A DNA stretch of 63,910 nt, filler included, from Folioceros fuciformis (lineage: Eukaryota): the NCBI GenBank assembly GCA_049999805.1. It is 7 parts of 7 records of this genome, joined end to end, with 100 filler letters (N's around TTAATTAATTAA, not from the genome) between each part and the next. Parts side by side here need not be neighbours in the genome. Positions count along the whole stretch, not along the records: positions 1 to 28,982 come from JBNGIO010001106.1; 6 more parts are not named here. The stretch is one strand, 5' to 3'. Below the pieces are notes generated by a model. The model was given only the letters and a program-made list of their open reading frames with translations, was not told the DNA's origin and did no database searches. Shown here one piece after another: positions 11,354 to 22,995 of this stretch; positions within the stretch are counted from its first letter, which is position 1; each line of letters begins with the position of its first letter. The position numbers were made by a program, and so were the translations under genes.

Positions 11354-14300
11354 CTACCTTCTGGATGATATTTGCCGGACATCTCTCCAGGCAGGCGAGC
11401 TTCTGAACCTTCCATGAGAACCGTGTGGCAGCATTCCAGGGTTGGGCGATTCTCTGGGAGTACTCGTGGGACGCGGGGAAGGGGTGGGCCAAGATGGAGA
11501 GGACGGAGTGAAGACATCACGGTCCGATCTTTGGTACACCTCTCTGGAGGGTTGAGGGGCACCAGGGCTCGTCAACCTCCCTCCACCGCGGGGAGAGTAG
11601 TTTGGGTCGGGTCTCTGGGGAGAACATATCTGCCATGCCTTGCCACTGATGAAGAAGTTCACTCCCGAAGGAGGGCTGTCCCAGGGTTGTACACTTCGGG
11701 GTGCAGAAGGAACGTAGCTGCTGCTGCTGCTGCTGCCTCCTTGACTTGCGGCCGCTGCCACAAGAGCTGCTGCCTGGTAAGACATGGGATCTGGGCCATA
11801 GTCCATCACGGGTGCTAGCGTCTGCAGAGGCGTTTGCATTTGCCTGCTGCTGTAAGGCTCACTCAGCCTGAAGGCATCCTGCGTCTGTTGCTGCCTGCTG
11901 CTGTATGCCTCACTTTGCCTCAGAAGGGCATCATGAGTGCGATGCTGCCAGCTGCTGGAAGGGTCACTTTGCCTGAGGGAATCCTGCGCATGCGGTTGCC
12001 TGCTGCTGCTGTAGGTGCTGTAAGCTGGGTGGGTTTGGCGGTAGGAGGGAGGATTAAGATTATTGTGCCTATAGGAAGCCATCACTTCCGGCGTAGAGGG
12101 AGCACCGAGCTGGAAGTGAGGGGGCACGGAGGGATTCTTGGCATGGCCTCCATACCTAATGCTGGCGGCTGCAGCTGCGGCAGGGGACCTCTGCTCCGGG
12201 GAGTTAAGCTGGAACTTTGGAGGGATGCTGTGGAAGCGATCCGGAGAACTGGCAGGCAGGTGCAGAGGAGAGTCACTGAGCTGCCGGTCCAGTAGCCTAG
12301 CGTTGGTGCTGCCGGGAGTGCCGGGGGTGCCAGGGGTTCTACCATATCGGATGGGCGACACCCCATTCCCCACAGATGGACTGTGCGGCGAACCCGCAGG
12401 CTGGTGGTGATAGATGGGGGACTTCCTCAACCTCCTTCCCGGAGAATGAGACTGCCTAGGAGAAGCCCTGTTGTGCAAGCCTCCTGGAGACCTCCTGGAC
12501 GAAGGACTGAAGGGAAAGGGAAAGGGGAATGGAGAAGATGGGTCTGGGCTATGCATTCCTCCTCTTGGGCTGTCCGCCTTCCTGATGTCCTTGGAGGATC
12601 TGCCCGACCTGCCCCTGTCTCTATCCAGATGCACAGCAGCCACGCCTTCCACAATGCTGGGCAGTTCCAGCTTCCAGGTGTTCCTGAAGCAGTAAGCCGG
12701 AGGGATCCTGTACTGGGCCCTGGCAACTTTGGCTGCCATCTCGTCGCGCAGTAGCTCCTCCTCCGTTCGATAAGCTGTTAGCTCATTGTAGCGTCCCAGC
12801 CCCAGACTCAAACCCAAGTGGTGCCCGGAAGAGGAAAAGCTGGACCGGGCGCTGTCTGGGAAGCTATACCTGCTCAAGCTATCTTGCCTCCGCAGGTCCC
12901 CGCTGTGGGTGACGCTGCTGCTGCCTTTTTTCATCTCCTGCGAGTAGTCCGAGTCCCACCCCGAGTCCTGCGGGTTGATCTTGCTCGACCTGTTAGTGCA
13001 GCCCATGACTATAAGGCCATGTGACTTGGTGCAGCGCAGAGAGCCACAGATGGCAGGCCTGTTCCCCTTGGCAGACTTCTTGGACTCCCCCTGCAGATGC
13101 CTCTTGGCAGCTGCCGCCTTTAAGCAGCAGCACTTGCAGGCCGGGTACGAAGGCCCCCATGCCAGATTGGGGTCTGCAGCAAGGGGCAAAATCAGCATCA
13201 GCAGAGAGTCCACTTCATGGGTCAGAGGTACAAACAGGCTGGAGTGAGCTCAGTCCAAGGAACAGGAGCAGGAGGGATGTTGACTGCAGCAGGACAGTCC
13301 AGTTTATGATTTGAGAGATGCAAGCTAGCTGGGTCCAGGAAGAGGTGCAGGAGGCCTGGAGGTGTGCAGCAGTACAGTCCGGTTCAGAGTCCAGAAATTT
13401 GTACAAGCGTAGTTAGGCAAAGTCCAGGGAGACGGGCAGGTCAAGGAGAATACATACCAGAATCAGTAACACTGTCGGGAAGCAGGCGAGGAAGGGGCAC
13501 CAGGTAGTAGACGCGCCCACTCTCCAGCTCGGCGTCCAAGGGAACAATGCGACCTCTGTCCGACCGGGGAAGCTGGAAGTCGATGGAACCGTCTTCGCTC
13601 CCGACGTCGCTTTCCAGGTCCGACTGCCCGTCTCCTCCTCGTCCTCCTCCCCGGGGGATGCGCAAAGGGGACATGCCCCCACCATAGCGCCCGCTTCCGA
13701 ATCTCGGACTGGGGCTGCTCCTGGTACTGCTGGGCTTGGGGGACGAAAACCTGCCGAGGGTGAACAGCCGCTGCATCGGGGAGGCCAGTATACCGCCCAG
13801 CACGTCCCGATTTTCCGACTTGGAGCGGCCCAGGATACGGCGAATGATGGGCGACCCCAACGCGGACATGAAGGAAGAGGCCTTGCCGCCGCCGCCGCCG
13901 CCGCTGCTGCTCCGACTCCAGTGCTGCTGCTGCTGCCGGGAAGAGTCACGGAAGGAGGAGCTGAAGCTGCGCCGCGCGGGCGAGGCTGTGAAGGAGTTGG
14001 TGTCCGATCTGTCGTCGGAAGTGCAGGAGTCGGTGTCGAAGGAGCCGTCGTCCACGTCCAAGCCGGAGGACAGCTTCAAGTTGTTTAGCCGGGACTGGTG
14101 GAAAACAAAGTCCTTGGGATTTCCCTCACGCACCAGATGGTGAGGGTGGGATGTGTGCGCCAGGAGGTCTCCTGCAGTCATGCTCCATAGCTCCGGGAAG
14201 CGTAGGAGCTGCCCGTCCGCAGTGAGTACCTTGAGAGTAGTACCTGTGGTGTTCCCCCCGCTTCCCGGGTCGACCACCCCCGATCCCCCCAGGCAGCTCC

Positions 14301-14361
14301 CCGGCCACAGCCCCCGGGCCAGCACAGAGCGTGCCCCTCCACCTCCTTTCCTAAATTTCAT
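11354..14361 (-). CDS. DUF4228/PADRE-domain protein, two exons, about 900 aa with long low-complexity regions
   Basis: Exon 1 14361-13458 (donor G|GTATGT) and exon 2 13173-11354 (acceptor ttgctgcag|AC) join in phase 1. DUF4228-like motifs: LKVLTADGQLLRF..MTAGDLL..HPHHLV, IVPLDAELESGRVYYLVPLP and TWKLELPSIVE (cf. W-x-P-x-L-x-x-I-x-E). There is an in-frame stop just upstream of the ATG at 14361. Confidence 0.8.
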
Positions 14362-17300
14362 CCTCTCCCCTTACGGCGCTGAAGCCGGAGCCCCCTGCCC
14401 CTGCCCTTGCCACTTTCACCTCGAGCTCCTCACCATCTCCCAGGCTACGGCCGTCCTGTCCTGTCCTATCCTAACCTCCGCCTCCTCCTCCTCCTCCACC
14501 CCCTCCAATCCTTCCCTTCCCCACTCTTCCACATGCACTGCTCCCTGCTGTGGAGCCTCCCCTTGCTCCTCTTGCCTTCACTAGCTGTGCGCGAGTCTTT
14601 CACAATGCGTGGCCCTCCCTCCCTTGCCCGGGTCTGCTTGTCTTGCTGGGCAAGGGCAGTAGCACAATGACTAGCCCCCTCTACGCACGTCTCGTGCAGA
14701 TCTCCTCCTGCATCAGCGCAGAAGGCCTGGTCCCACAGAGGGGGAGGGAGAGGAGGCGGCGGATCCCGGAGCCTCCCTCGTCGCCGGTGCTGCCCTCCTT
14801 GTCCGTCATGGATCACGCACAAGGTCAAAAACTAACAAGAAGGAAGCAGCCGGGAAGACGCTGAGCAGAGGGTGGGTGGCGGCGGGAACAAAGAGGCGGG
14901 CCAGCACTGAAAGGAGAGGGACTCAGGAGAGGAGGAGCAGCATCGGGAACCGGGCCGGTAGAGGCAAGGAAAGGAAGAGCTTGCCAGGGCAGCAGCGAGG
15001 GAGGGAAGAAAGCAAGGCAAGGATGGAAGGCGGGCAGGCGGGCAGTCTATGGAAAAGCGAACGGAATGGACTGGAATGGAATGGATGGGAAGGAAGTTGA
15101 ACGTGTGGAGAGACGTTTGGTGGAGTCGAGGTGGAGGGTCTGAGTGAGTGGGCGAGGAGGAGGAAGTTGGGGACGCGAATCCAAAGGCGTGCCTCCTCCA
15201 CAAGTACATTCATTCATACATCCACGGCGCATTGACTTTGGCAACCTGGGAGGCAGGCAGCGGCCACTGTGGAGCTTCCACAGGGGTCCACACACTGGGA
15301 CTCGGGCAGCCCAGCCTCGCAGCCGGATTGTCATCAATTTAACTTGAACATAAACACCTGCAAAATTAGATGATTAAAAACATAGGAGGAAAATCGACGG
15401 AGAGGGCCGGGCCCGGCGGTGACCCCCTGGGGTCTGGATATTATAATAAGCGGCAGCGGCCCGACCCGGCCGAAGGGAATGGCGGGAGGTGATTTATGAG
15501 CATTGAATGCGGGCAGCGGTGGGCCCCGCGTAGCCCATCCGCGCCAGCCCTAATCATGCTTCATGCGCCGGGCCGCCCTAATCATACCCTAAATTTGGAC
15601 CCCCGCATGCACCACGCTGAGCGCAATCATGGCTTGCGGGCTGCCGTCACGCCTCATTTTGTCAACCTTTTTATTTACCCGCGCTTTTGGTTTCTTTCCA
15701 TTGGGGCGGGACCCTCGGCCTCCGTTTCACATGCGGCGGATCCGGGCCATCATCACCGCGCTCTGTCAAGAGCAGTCTGCTCTCGTCCCCCGCGCAGTCT
15801 CACTCGCACTTGGGCTCGGGCTCGAGGAGCCCTAACCCTAATGGCTTTTGGGAGCAAAGCTTGCGAAAACCTCGACTTTTGTGGCTCTTGTCTTGAGTCT
15901 GAGAGGGTGCTTCAAAAGTAATCTCATCAGCTAGCTTGCTTGCTTGCCTGCCTGCTTGCCTGCCTGCCTGCCTGCCTGCCTGCGCTGATTCCGGCACTTG
16001 TCTCTTTCCTGACACCATCCACCACCTGCACGCAAGCACGCCGGCACTTGCTGCAGCGCCATCCGATAGCACATGGCCTTGGCCCCTTCCCCTCTGTTTG
16101 CGAAATTAGATCTGCCTTGATCTCGCTGCTCCTGCAGCTCCCGTTGTTGCTGTTGTACTGTTGCCTTGTCCGGCTCCGCTTGTGGCCCAGACACCGCCAG
16201 CGCCATTGTGTGTCAGACTATCCCTTGTCATGAACTCTCCTCTACCCAACTGGGGCTTCTTCTCCGGCCGCGTCGAGATGTGCTAAAAGGCCAGCCAGCC
16301 TAGCGTCACCGGTGCTTGCCTGGCTCCTCCTCTCTGCCGCCTCCTTCTTCTTCCTGTCTTGTCCTCTTTCTTCTAGACATACCCTTCTTCGTCACCGGCA
16401 GCAGCTCGCTACTGGGCCCCCCCCCCGCGTCCAGATGCTTCCATCCACACGCTCTTCCAAAATGCCTCAACCACCAGCTTCGTCACCAATGACCACTCTC
16501 CCATTACGTCTCCATCCGATCTGGACTCCGGATCCGGGGCTGCTGCGCTTGCTTGCTTTTGCTGCTTTGCTCCCGCCCAGCAGCAATGTTCTCGCTGTTA
16601 CAGTGCTGGACTTTTCTCCCTTTACCTCTACTTTCATCATAAACATTTCAACTCATTCTTGCCCCAGGTTGAGAGATTCACCAAGGCTTCGACTTCGCTT
16701 CAACTGTTTTTATGCCATTTGCGATGCCCACCTGCCCCTTACTTGCCCCCCTTTTCGGAGAAGCAGCCCCTCTCATTGACAAACCAGTACACGACACTCC
16801 TCATGCTTCTCTTTGTCTTGTCTTTTTCTCCCTGAAGAAAGTGAGAACAAAAGCGGCAGCTGGCGGCCAGTCAGCTAATAAGCAGCAGTTGCCGCTTGTC
16901 ACTCACGTACATCCATCGCCTTGGCAACTTGGCGGTGCAGTTGGCCTTGTGGGAAAGGGAAGATTCCTGGTCAGTCCCAGTCCCAGTCCCAGTCCCAGTC
17001 CCAGGCCAGTCCAGTCCACTCATGCGCACGCTACAGAGTCTGCTGGCAAGTTGTTAAATATTACTGTGGAGATCCACCACGAACACAAACCGTTACTCTT
17101 CCACGTCCCGTGCTGTGCCTATTCTCGGCCCTTTTGCCCCGCCCGTTGGACATTACGGACCACCGCCATGATGTACACACATACCTTACCGTGTGTGCTT
17201 CATCCGAAAATCCTGAAACCCCTCTGTCACCAGGATGGCAGTCACCTTACCCTAACGCGCGCTGTCTCTTCGTACCATCTCCGTCTTTTCGTCTCCCTTG

Positions 17301-19349
17301 AAACAGACTCCCCCACACTGCACTCCTAAAGTTCGAACCTAACCTGTCCTTCATGGGCCTGTCTTGGGGTCCATGGGAGCGGATCTTCCCATCCATTTTC
17401 CATAATAAAATGGATGCACGTTGTCTCTTAGTGGCCTGACGCGTACCAGGCTCCTTCTGCATCTACTTTAAGAATCGGCGTAACATGTGTATGTACGTAT
17501 GTACCCGTACGTGGTTTTAAAAAAAGCAACCAAGTTTGTCAAAATAGACTAAACGCATGCAAGGACCAACCAACAGACTCGACCTGGAGCAAACTGTACG
17601 TTACATAAGACATAAATGTGGTACAGTAGTACTGGACACAAGCAAGACAAAGTACACACTTAAGACACAGAAATCTTTGACAGACTTTGCACATCTGCTG
17701 AGGCCTCATGCGCACCACTCACTTGTGAGAATCAGGTTGCCATGGTCTTCGAGAACTACGATATGGTCCCTGTCTTGTGTGAAGCAAGAGCTCAGCAAGA
17801 GCTCAGCAATTTGGGTTCTTGGATAGCTGCCTGGAGCACATGTAACGTTTACAAGGAAAGACCTGACGTACTGCTTGGTGAGCATCTTGTGTGATTCCTT
17901 TCCACTAGATTAACCACTTCACGACAGGTCGACTCCAGGCTCCGCAGCGGAGCTAGGAGACACTGCTGGCATGTCCATGGTGAGACTGAGACTTGCGCCT
18001 GTGCCTGTCCAACTAAAGGTCGATGCAGGACATAGTTATCGGTCCTTTACAACCACACTCATTCCATGCCCTTCCCTGGACCATCATTTAACGTCCATCT
18101 AAATCCCTGCAAAGCAGCGCGCTCGTCATGCACTTGCCAACTTCAAGAACAACAATGCTGCCTAGCGCTGACAGTCTTCAACCTCGGCAGTCGCTGTGGA
18201 CGCTGGTGTCGTCCTGATCCAGCCACTTCTTCCTCGCCGATTCTTCTTCCAACCCTGAAATCCACTTCCGGCAAAGGTGCATCGGAACCGGATCAGTCAA
18301 ATCATATCCATTTCACGAGAACAAACACCGTCGGTTGCAAGTCACTGAATGAATGAAGAAGATCAATCCCTGAGGTGGATCTCTCTGTGGAGCCATGGGA
18401 ATCATCCGGCACGTGATGGCGACCTCCAAACCATCACAAAAGACAAAATAGTCACGGAGTCCGCCTCCAAAGTATCACCGGATAGTATTACAGAAACAGG
18501 CTCCCGCGACTGCGTGAAGGAGGTGATCCGGGAGGTCAGAACTCATGTACAGATTCCAGGCTATGCAACAACTTGCGGTTGTTCAGTCGCCATTGCTTCC
18601 AACGTCCACCTAAGCTTCCACACCTGCCGTGCAATAGCGCACTCCAGCAGACCGCAACGGGGAGAAAAATTCCGGATTGTTAAGTTAGTTAACTACCTAC
18701 ACGGACACGTGTATGTTCCTACATACGTACAGAGACTCTCGATTTCCATGTTGAGCACCCTCCTCCTTCCCACCCACTTGCAAACGGAGGTCTGAACGAA
18801 GGTAAACTGGCTACAAGTCTTGGGTTCGGTGGACGACGCATGTACATATATTGTGAGCATGTGCAGATGCTTCCTTGAAAATTGTGGTAGATGCTTTCTG
18901 CCTTGTTTCCTCTTGAGTACCAAAGACTCATATAATTATTCATCTAATCTGTCAAGCAAGTAATTAGCATCACCAATAGGAAACACATCACTCTCATCGT
19001 TGTAAGAGGACAACATGTTCAAATCTTTTCTAGAGATCCCCCTACGCAAAAGGCTGAAGGATGGTAGCTTGGATCTCTTCATCATATTCATGTAAAACTT
19101 ATGCACAATAGGAAAGAGGGAAGTTTGGCTCTTGTCTTCACACTCGTGGTGTGAAATACTTTTTTCATGTCTACACCATGTAGGACGACAGCTTTCAAAT
19201 CTCAGTTTCGGTCGATGTGTTTGTGTGAAATGAGCTTTACATGTTGCAAAAGAGGAAGGATATTAAGAACTTGGATCTTTGTTCAGATCACTTGCATGAA
19301 ATGTCTTTAAGACACATGGTATGACCTAAATGTCTAACCTTTTGTGGCT

Positions 19350-19513
19350 GGTGGTATGAAAGGCCCCTTTCTGATGTCCCCCATTTATGGCTATTGTAGG
19401 AAGGTGGTATGAAAGGCCCCTTCTTTCTGATGTCCCCCATTTATGGCTATTGTAGGAAGGTGGTATGAAAGGCCCCTTTCTAATGTCCTCCATTTATGGC
19501 TATTGTAGGAAGG
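19350..19513. repeat. 53-56-bp tandem repeat x3
   Basis: ggtggtatgaaaggcccc...catttatggctattgtaggaa starts at 19350, 19403 and 19459. Confidence 0.95.
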
Positions 19514-20266
19514 ACAGATGCTTGGTTTGCTAATTCGACTCATGACAAAGCTCAAAGCACAATTCACTGTGGAGGAGAGGAAATCTTAGATAGTCACATG
19601 CCTAGAATGTTCTTTCCTCTTTGTATGAAGGGAGAAAGGGTAGGATTTGGTACTTTCCAAACTTTGAATACAAGAGCGAGGCTCTTGAAGAAGACCCATA
19701 ATGTTCTTCCATCTTGAACACGAGCCAACTTGAAGAAGAACTTGAAGAAGGATGGCATTGCATGGAGGTAGCCTGGAAAATGGTTTAGTTGATGAGAAAG
19801 CGTTTTGCATTCTGACTCCAGATCTATCCAAGTTTGAAGCACGATTGTACGCAATGGCATGAACTCAAGGTGTAAATGGCCCATACATTTGTGTGCATAT
19901 TATCAATATTGACATGGGTATGAAAATGGAGCATTAATGCTGAGCCAAAGACCTTGACGTCAAGAACCTTAGGGCGCGGTGCTGTAACGTCGACTCTTCT
20001 TGGAGACGTGTGACTGACCTGTTCACCAAGAGGATAAAGCGAAAGGAGTAACGGGCGGAAAACACACAATTTGGGACTATGCCGAAAACCGGAGAAACGC
20101 AAAACCGTGAGGGGAGTGTTACCCGAGGTAAGGGTAGCCGGATGCCGGTAACTACTACCAAGTTTGAAAAATTAGTTAAGAGCGGAGCCAGTTGTGATGC
20201 TCACGAGCTCGCTCACGGGGTGAAGTCACCATGTCAAGAACGGTGGTTCCGTCCAGACGTCATCCA

Positions 20267-21718
20267 ATGGGGAAGGTTGCCAACAGAGCAGCAGCCGCAG
20301 CAGGGAGCGGGCAAACTCGCCGCTGCCGCGTTCTGCTGCTCCCGCCGCTCGTTCTCTTGCTGCTCGTGACTGGCATCGTCTCCTTCCGCAACGTCGGAAT
20401 TGGAATTCAGGGATATCGCGGTGATGCAATCGCGGGTGCAGGTGCAGGTGCAGGCGCGGGTGCAGGAGGGAACGAGGAGCAGGATCGCAACAATCCCTTG
20501 AACCTGCACACCGCCGTCTCCATCTTCATCTACGACCTTCCGCCTTCATTCAACAGGAATTGGCTGCGCGACGACCGCTGCAGAACGCATCTCTTCGCCG
20601 CGGAAGTGGCGCTGCACGACATACTGGAGGCCAGCCCCGTGCGCACCTTGGATCCTCGCCACGCCGACTTCTTCTTCCTCCCGGTCTATGTTTCATGCAA
20701 TTTCAGCACCACATCTGGATTCCCGTCTCTAGGCCGCGCTGCGCAGCAGCTACGCGCGGCTGTCAGCTTTGTGTCGCACCGGTATCCTTACTGGAAGCGC
20801 GGAGGAGGCAGGGACCACATCTTTGTTGCGACGCACGACTTCGGCGCCTGCTTCCATGCATCCGAGGCTGCGGCTGTGGAGTCCGGGATTCCGCAATTCT
20901 TGTCCAACTCCATTATTCTGCAGACCTTCGGACATCAAGGGCGGCATCCCTGCCAGGTTCCCTCCCGCTTCATTCAGATCCCGCCTTACGTGCACCTTGA
21001 CCCCCGGACACAGCAGCTGCCGCAGCCGAGCCCGACCAGGCATATCTGGGCCTTTTTCAGAGGGAAGATGGAGCTGCATCCTCGCAACACAACCGCGGGC
21101 GGAATCTACAGCAGGCAGTTCCTCTTTTCTAACCAATTAATCACCTTCTTGCGTGTAGGAGTGGAGATGTTGAAGCCGCAGCATCTCCTATCCTGCAGCT
21201 CACATGCTTCCAGGACTGTTTAAAGTTTGCTGCAAAGTTCTCACAAACGCGTTTGCTCTGCGCAAATCGGCTGCAGGGGAGTGCGCACTGCCTTGTGGCA
21301 GAAATTCGGCCATGATAGACGCTTCTTCATCAAACGCAAGAGGTCGGATGACTACCAATTGGAGATGCTCCGATCCATATTTTGCCTATGCCCGCTGGGA
21401 TGGGCCCCTTGGAGCCCTCGCATAGTGGAGGCTGTGATATTCGGTTGCGTGCCGGTCATCATCGCTGATGGTATTGCCTTACCTTTCTCACAGGTTATCG
21501 ACTGGCCGCGCATCTCCTTAAGGATACCAGAGACGGATGTCCACCATCTGGACAAGTTATTGGAGACTATCACCTCCACCAACTTGTCCGCAATTCAGCG
21601 CGAGTTATGGAAGCCCTCGAACAGGCGGGCTCTCTTGTACAACACTCCCTCCATCATAGGCGATGCCTCATGGCAAATCCTTGACCACCTCTCCACGCTC
21701 AAACCGTCCCAATCGTGA
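20267..21718 (+). CDS. GT47 (exostosin) glycosyltransferase, IRX7/FRA8/F8H-like
   Basis: Type II membrane anchor (VLLLPPLVLLLLVTGIV), then IFIYDLP..DDRCRTHLFAAEVALH..DFFFLPVYVSCNFST..GFP, DHIFVATHDFGACFH, FFRGKMELHP, FCLCPLGWAPWSPRIVEAVIFGCVPVIIAD. Exons 20267-21114 and 21277-21718. An alternative ATG at 20231 is in the same frame. Confidence 0.92.
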
Positions 21719-22290
21719 CCGATTGCATGCTTGTACATCCTTCTTGCAGACATGTACTTCACACGTCCCCGGGGCCCTTGGACTCGTCTAAATACCTGCT
21801 TCATAGGCAGCCCATAATAGTAGTGCACATTGATCATCGCACAGCATGTAGATGGACGGGATGGGGAGAGAGGTAGACTTTGCAAGGATTTGATACCTCT
21901 ATATAGATATTTGTAAAGTACACACTTATATTTTTTTAGTAAGAATTCATTTTTAATATAGTATTTTTAAAACTTATTTAAAATTAGTTTTTAATGTATT
22001 ATTGCTTATAATAGAGTTATTTTTTTATTTCTCATGACTTAACCCTGTTGCGTGAATTCAAAAATATTCTTGGCTCTCTATGTTCCAATGGAAGAAATCT
22101 TTTAAGAACCTTATCCAAGTTTTTTTTGTACTATGATAAATTCGATAGATGGGTTTCCGTTTTGTTAGAATATAGAGTATAAAGATTCCATTCTTGAGTT
22201 GCATGAAATTTGCATGACATGCACACTTAGTTCTTTGATTAAGTAGCATTTATGTAGGACATATGTGTGACTTCTTTACCCTTGCTATGG

Positions 22291-22448
22291 CCTTGTTTGT
22301 GAGGAGATTGTTTTTGTGCTTCAAAAGCAAGGGGGTTCAGGTCCTTGTTAGTGAGGAGATTGTTGTTGTGCTTCAAAAGGAAGGGGGTTCCGGTCCTTGT
22401 TTGTGAGGAGATTGTTGTTGTGCTTCGAAAGAAGAGGGTTCCGGTCCT
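22291..22448. repeat. 52-bp tandem repeat x3
   Basis: ccttgtttgtgaggagattg..gtgcttc..ggggttccggt starts at 22291, 22343 and 22395. Confidence 0.93.
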
Positions 22449-22995
22449 AAGAACATACGTGATCATTTCAATGAGTGCTTCATCTCCACATTCGGTTTGA
22501 GCATGTTAGGAATACAAACTGCTTTCTTTCAAAGACGCCTAGATCTCCAAAGCTGTGGCAACTAGAAGGGTGATCGCTAGGCACATTTAGTAGTCAGATC
22601 TTTGCACTCGGGTCTGCTCAGATCTTTGCTCTCGGATCTGCACTTGCTTCCCCTCTAGGACGAGTAAAAGAGGACGAGAGTCTTGAAAATTTAGAGGACA
22701 TTAAGGAAGGACATACCGAGTGATGAAGTGCCACGTTCTGGAACAAATGGGGGGCTAGAGTCAGGCAGTGACCAGTGCAATGTTCTGTAAGAACGGGGGC
22801 AGGAGTCAGCCAGCGAAGGTGTGCGAGCTGCACATAGTATGCACCGAGATACGTGCTTGCCATGTATGTTCAATAGATACCGACTTGCTCGTTGTCACGC
22901 ATGCGAGGCCTCGTGACGCGGCAGCCGATGCGCTCGGGAACGTGACATAGCGCTGTTCAAACTGGAAACCTCCTAGCCTTCACAACTACTCCGCA

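Noticed and set aside
16317..16340. Partial similarity to miR160 (TGCCTGGCTCC)
   Set aside because: Only the 5' half matches and no complementary star arm is visible.
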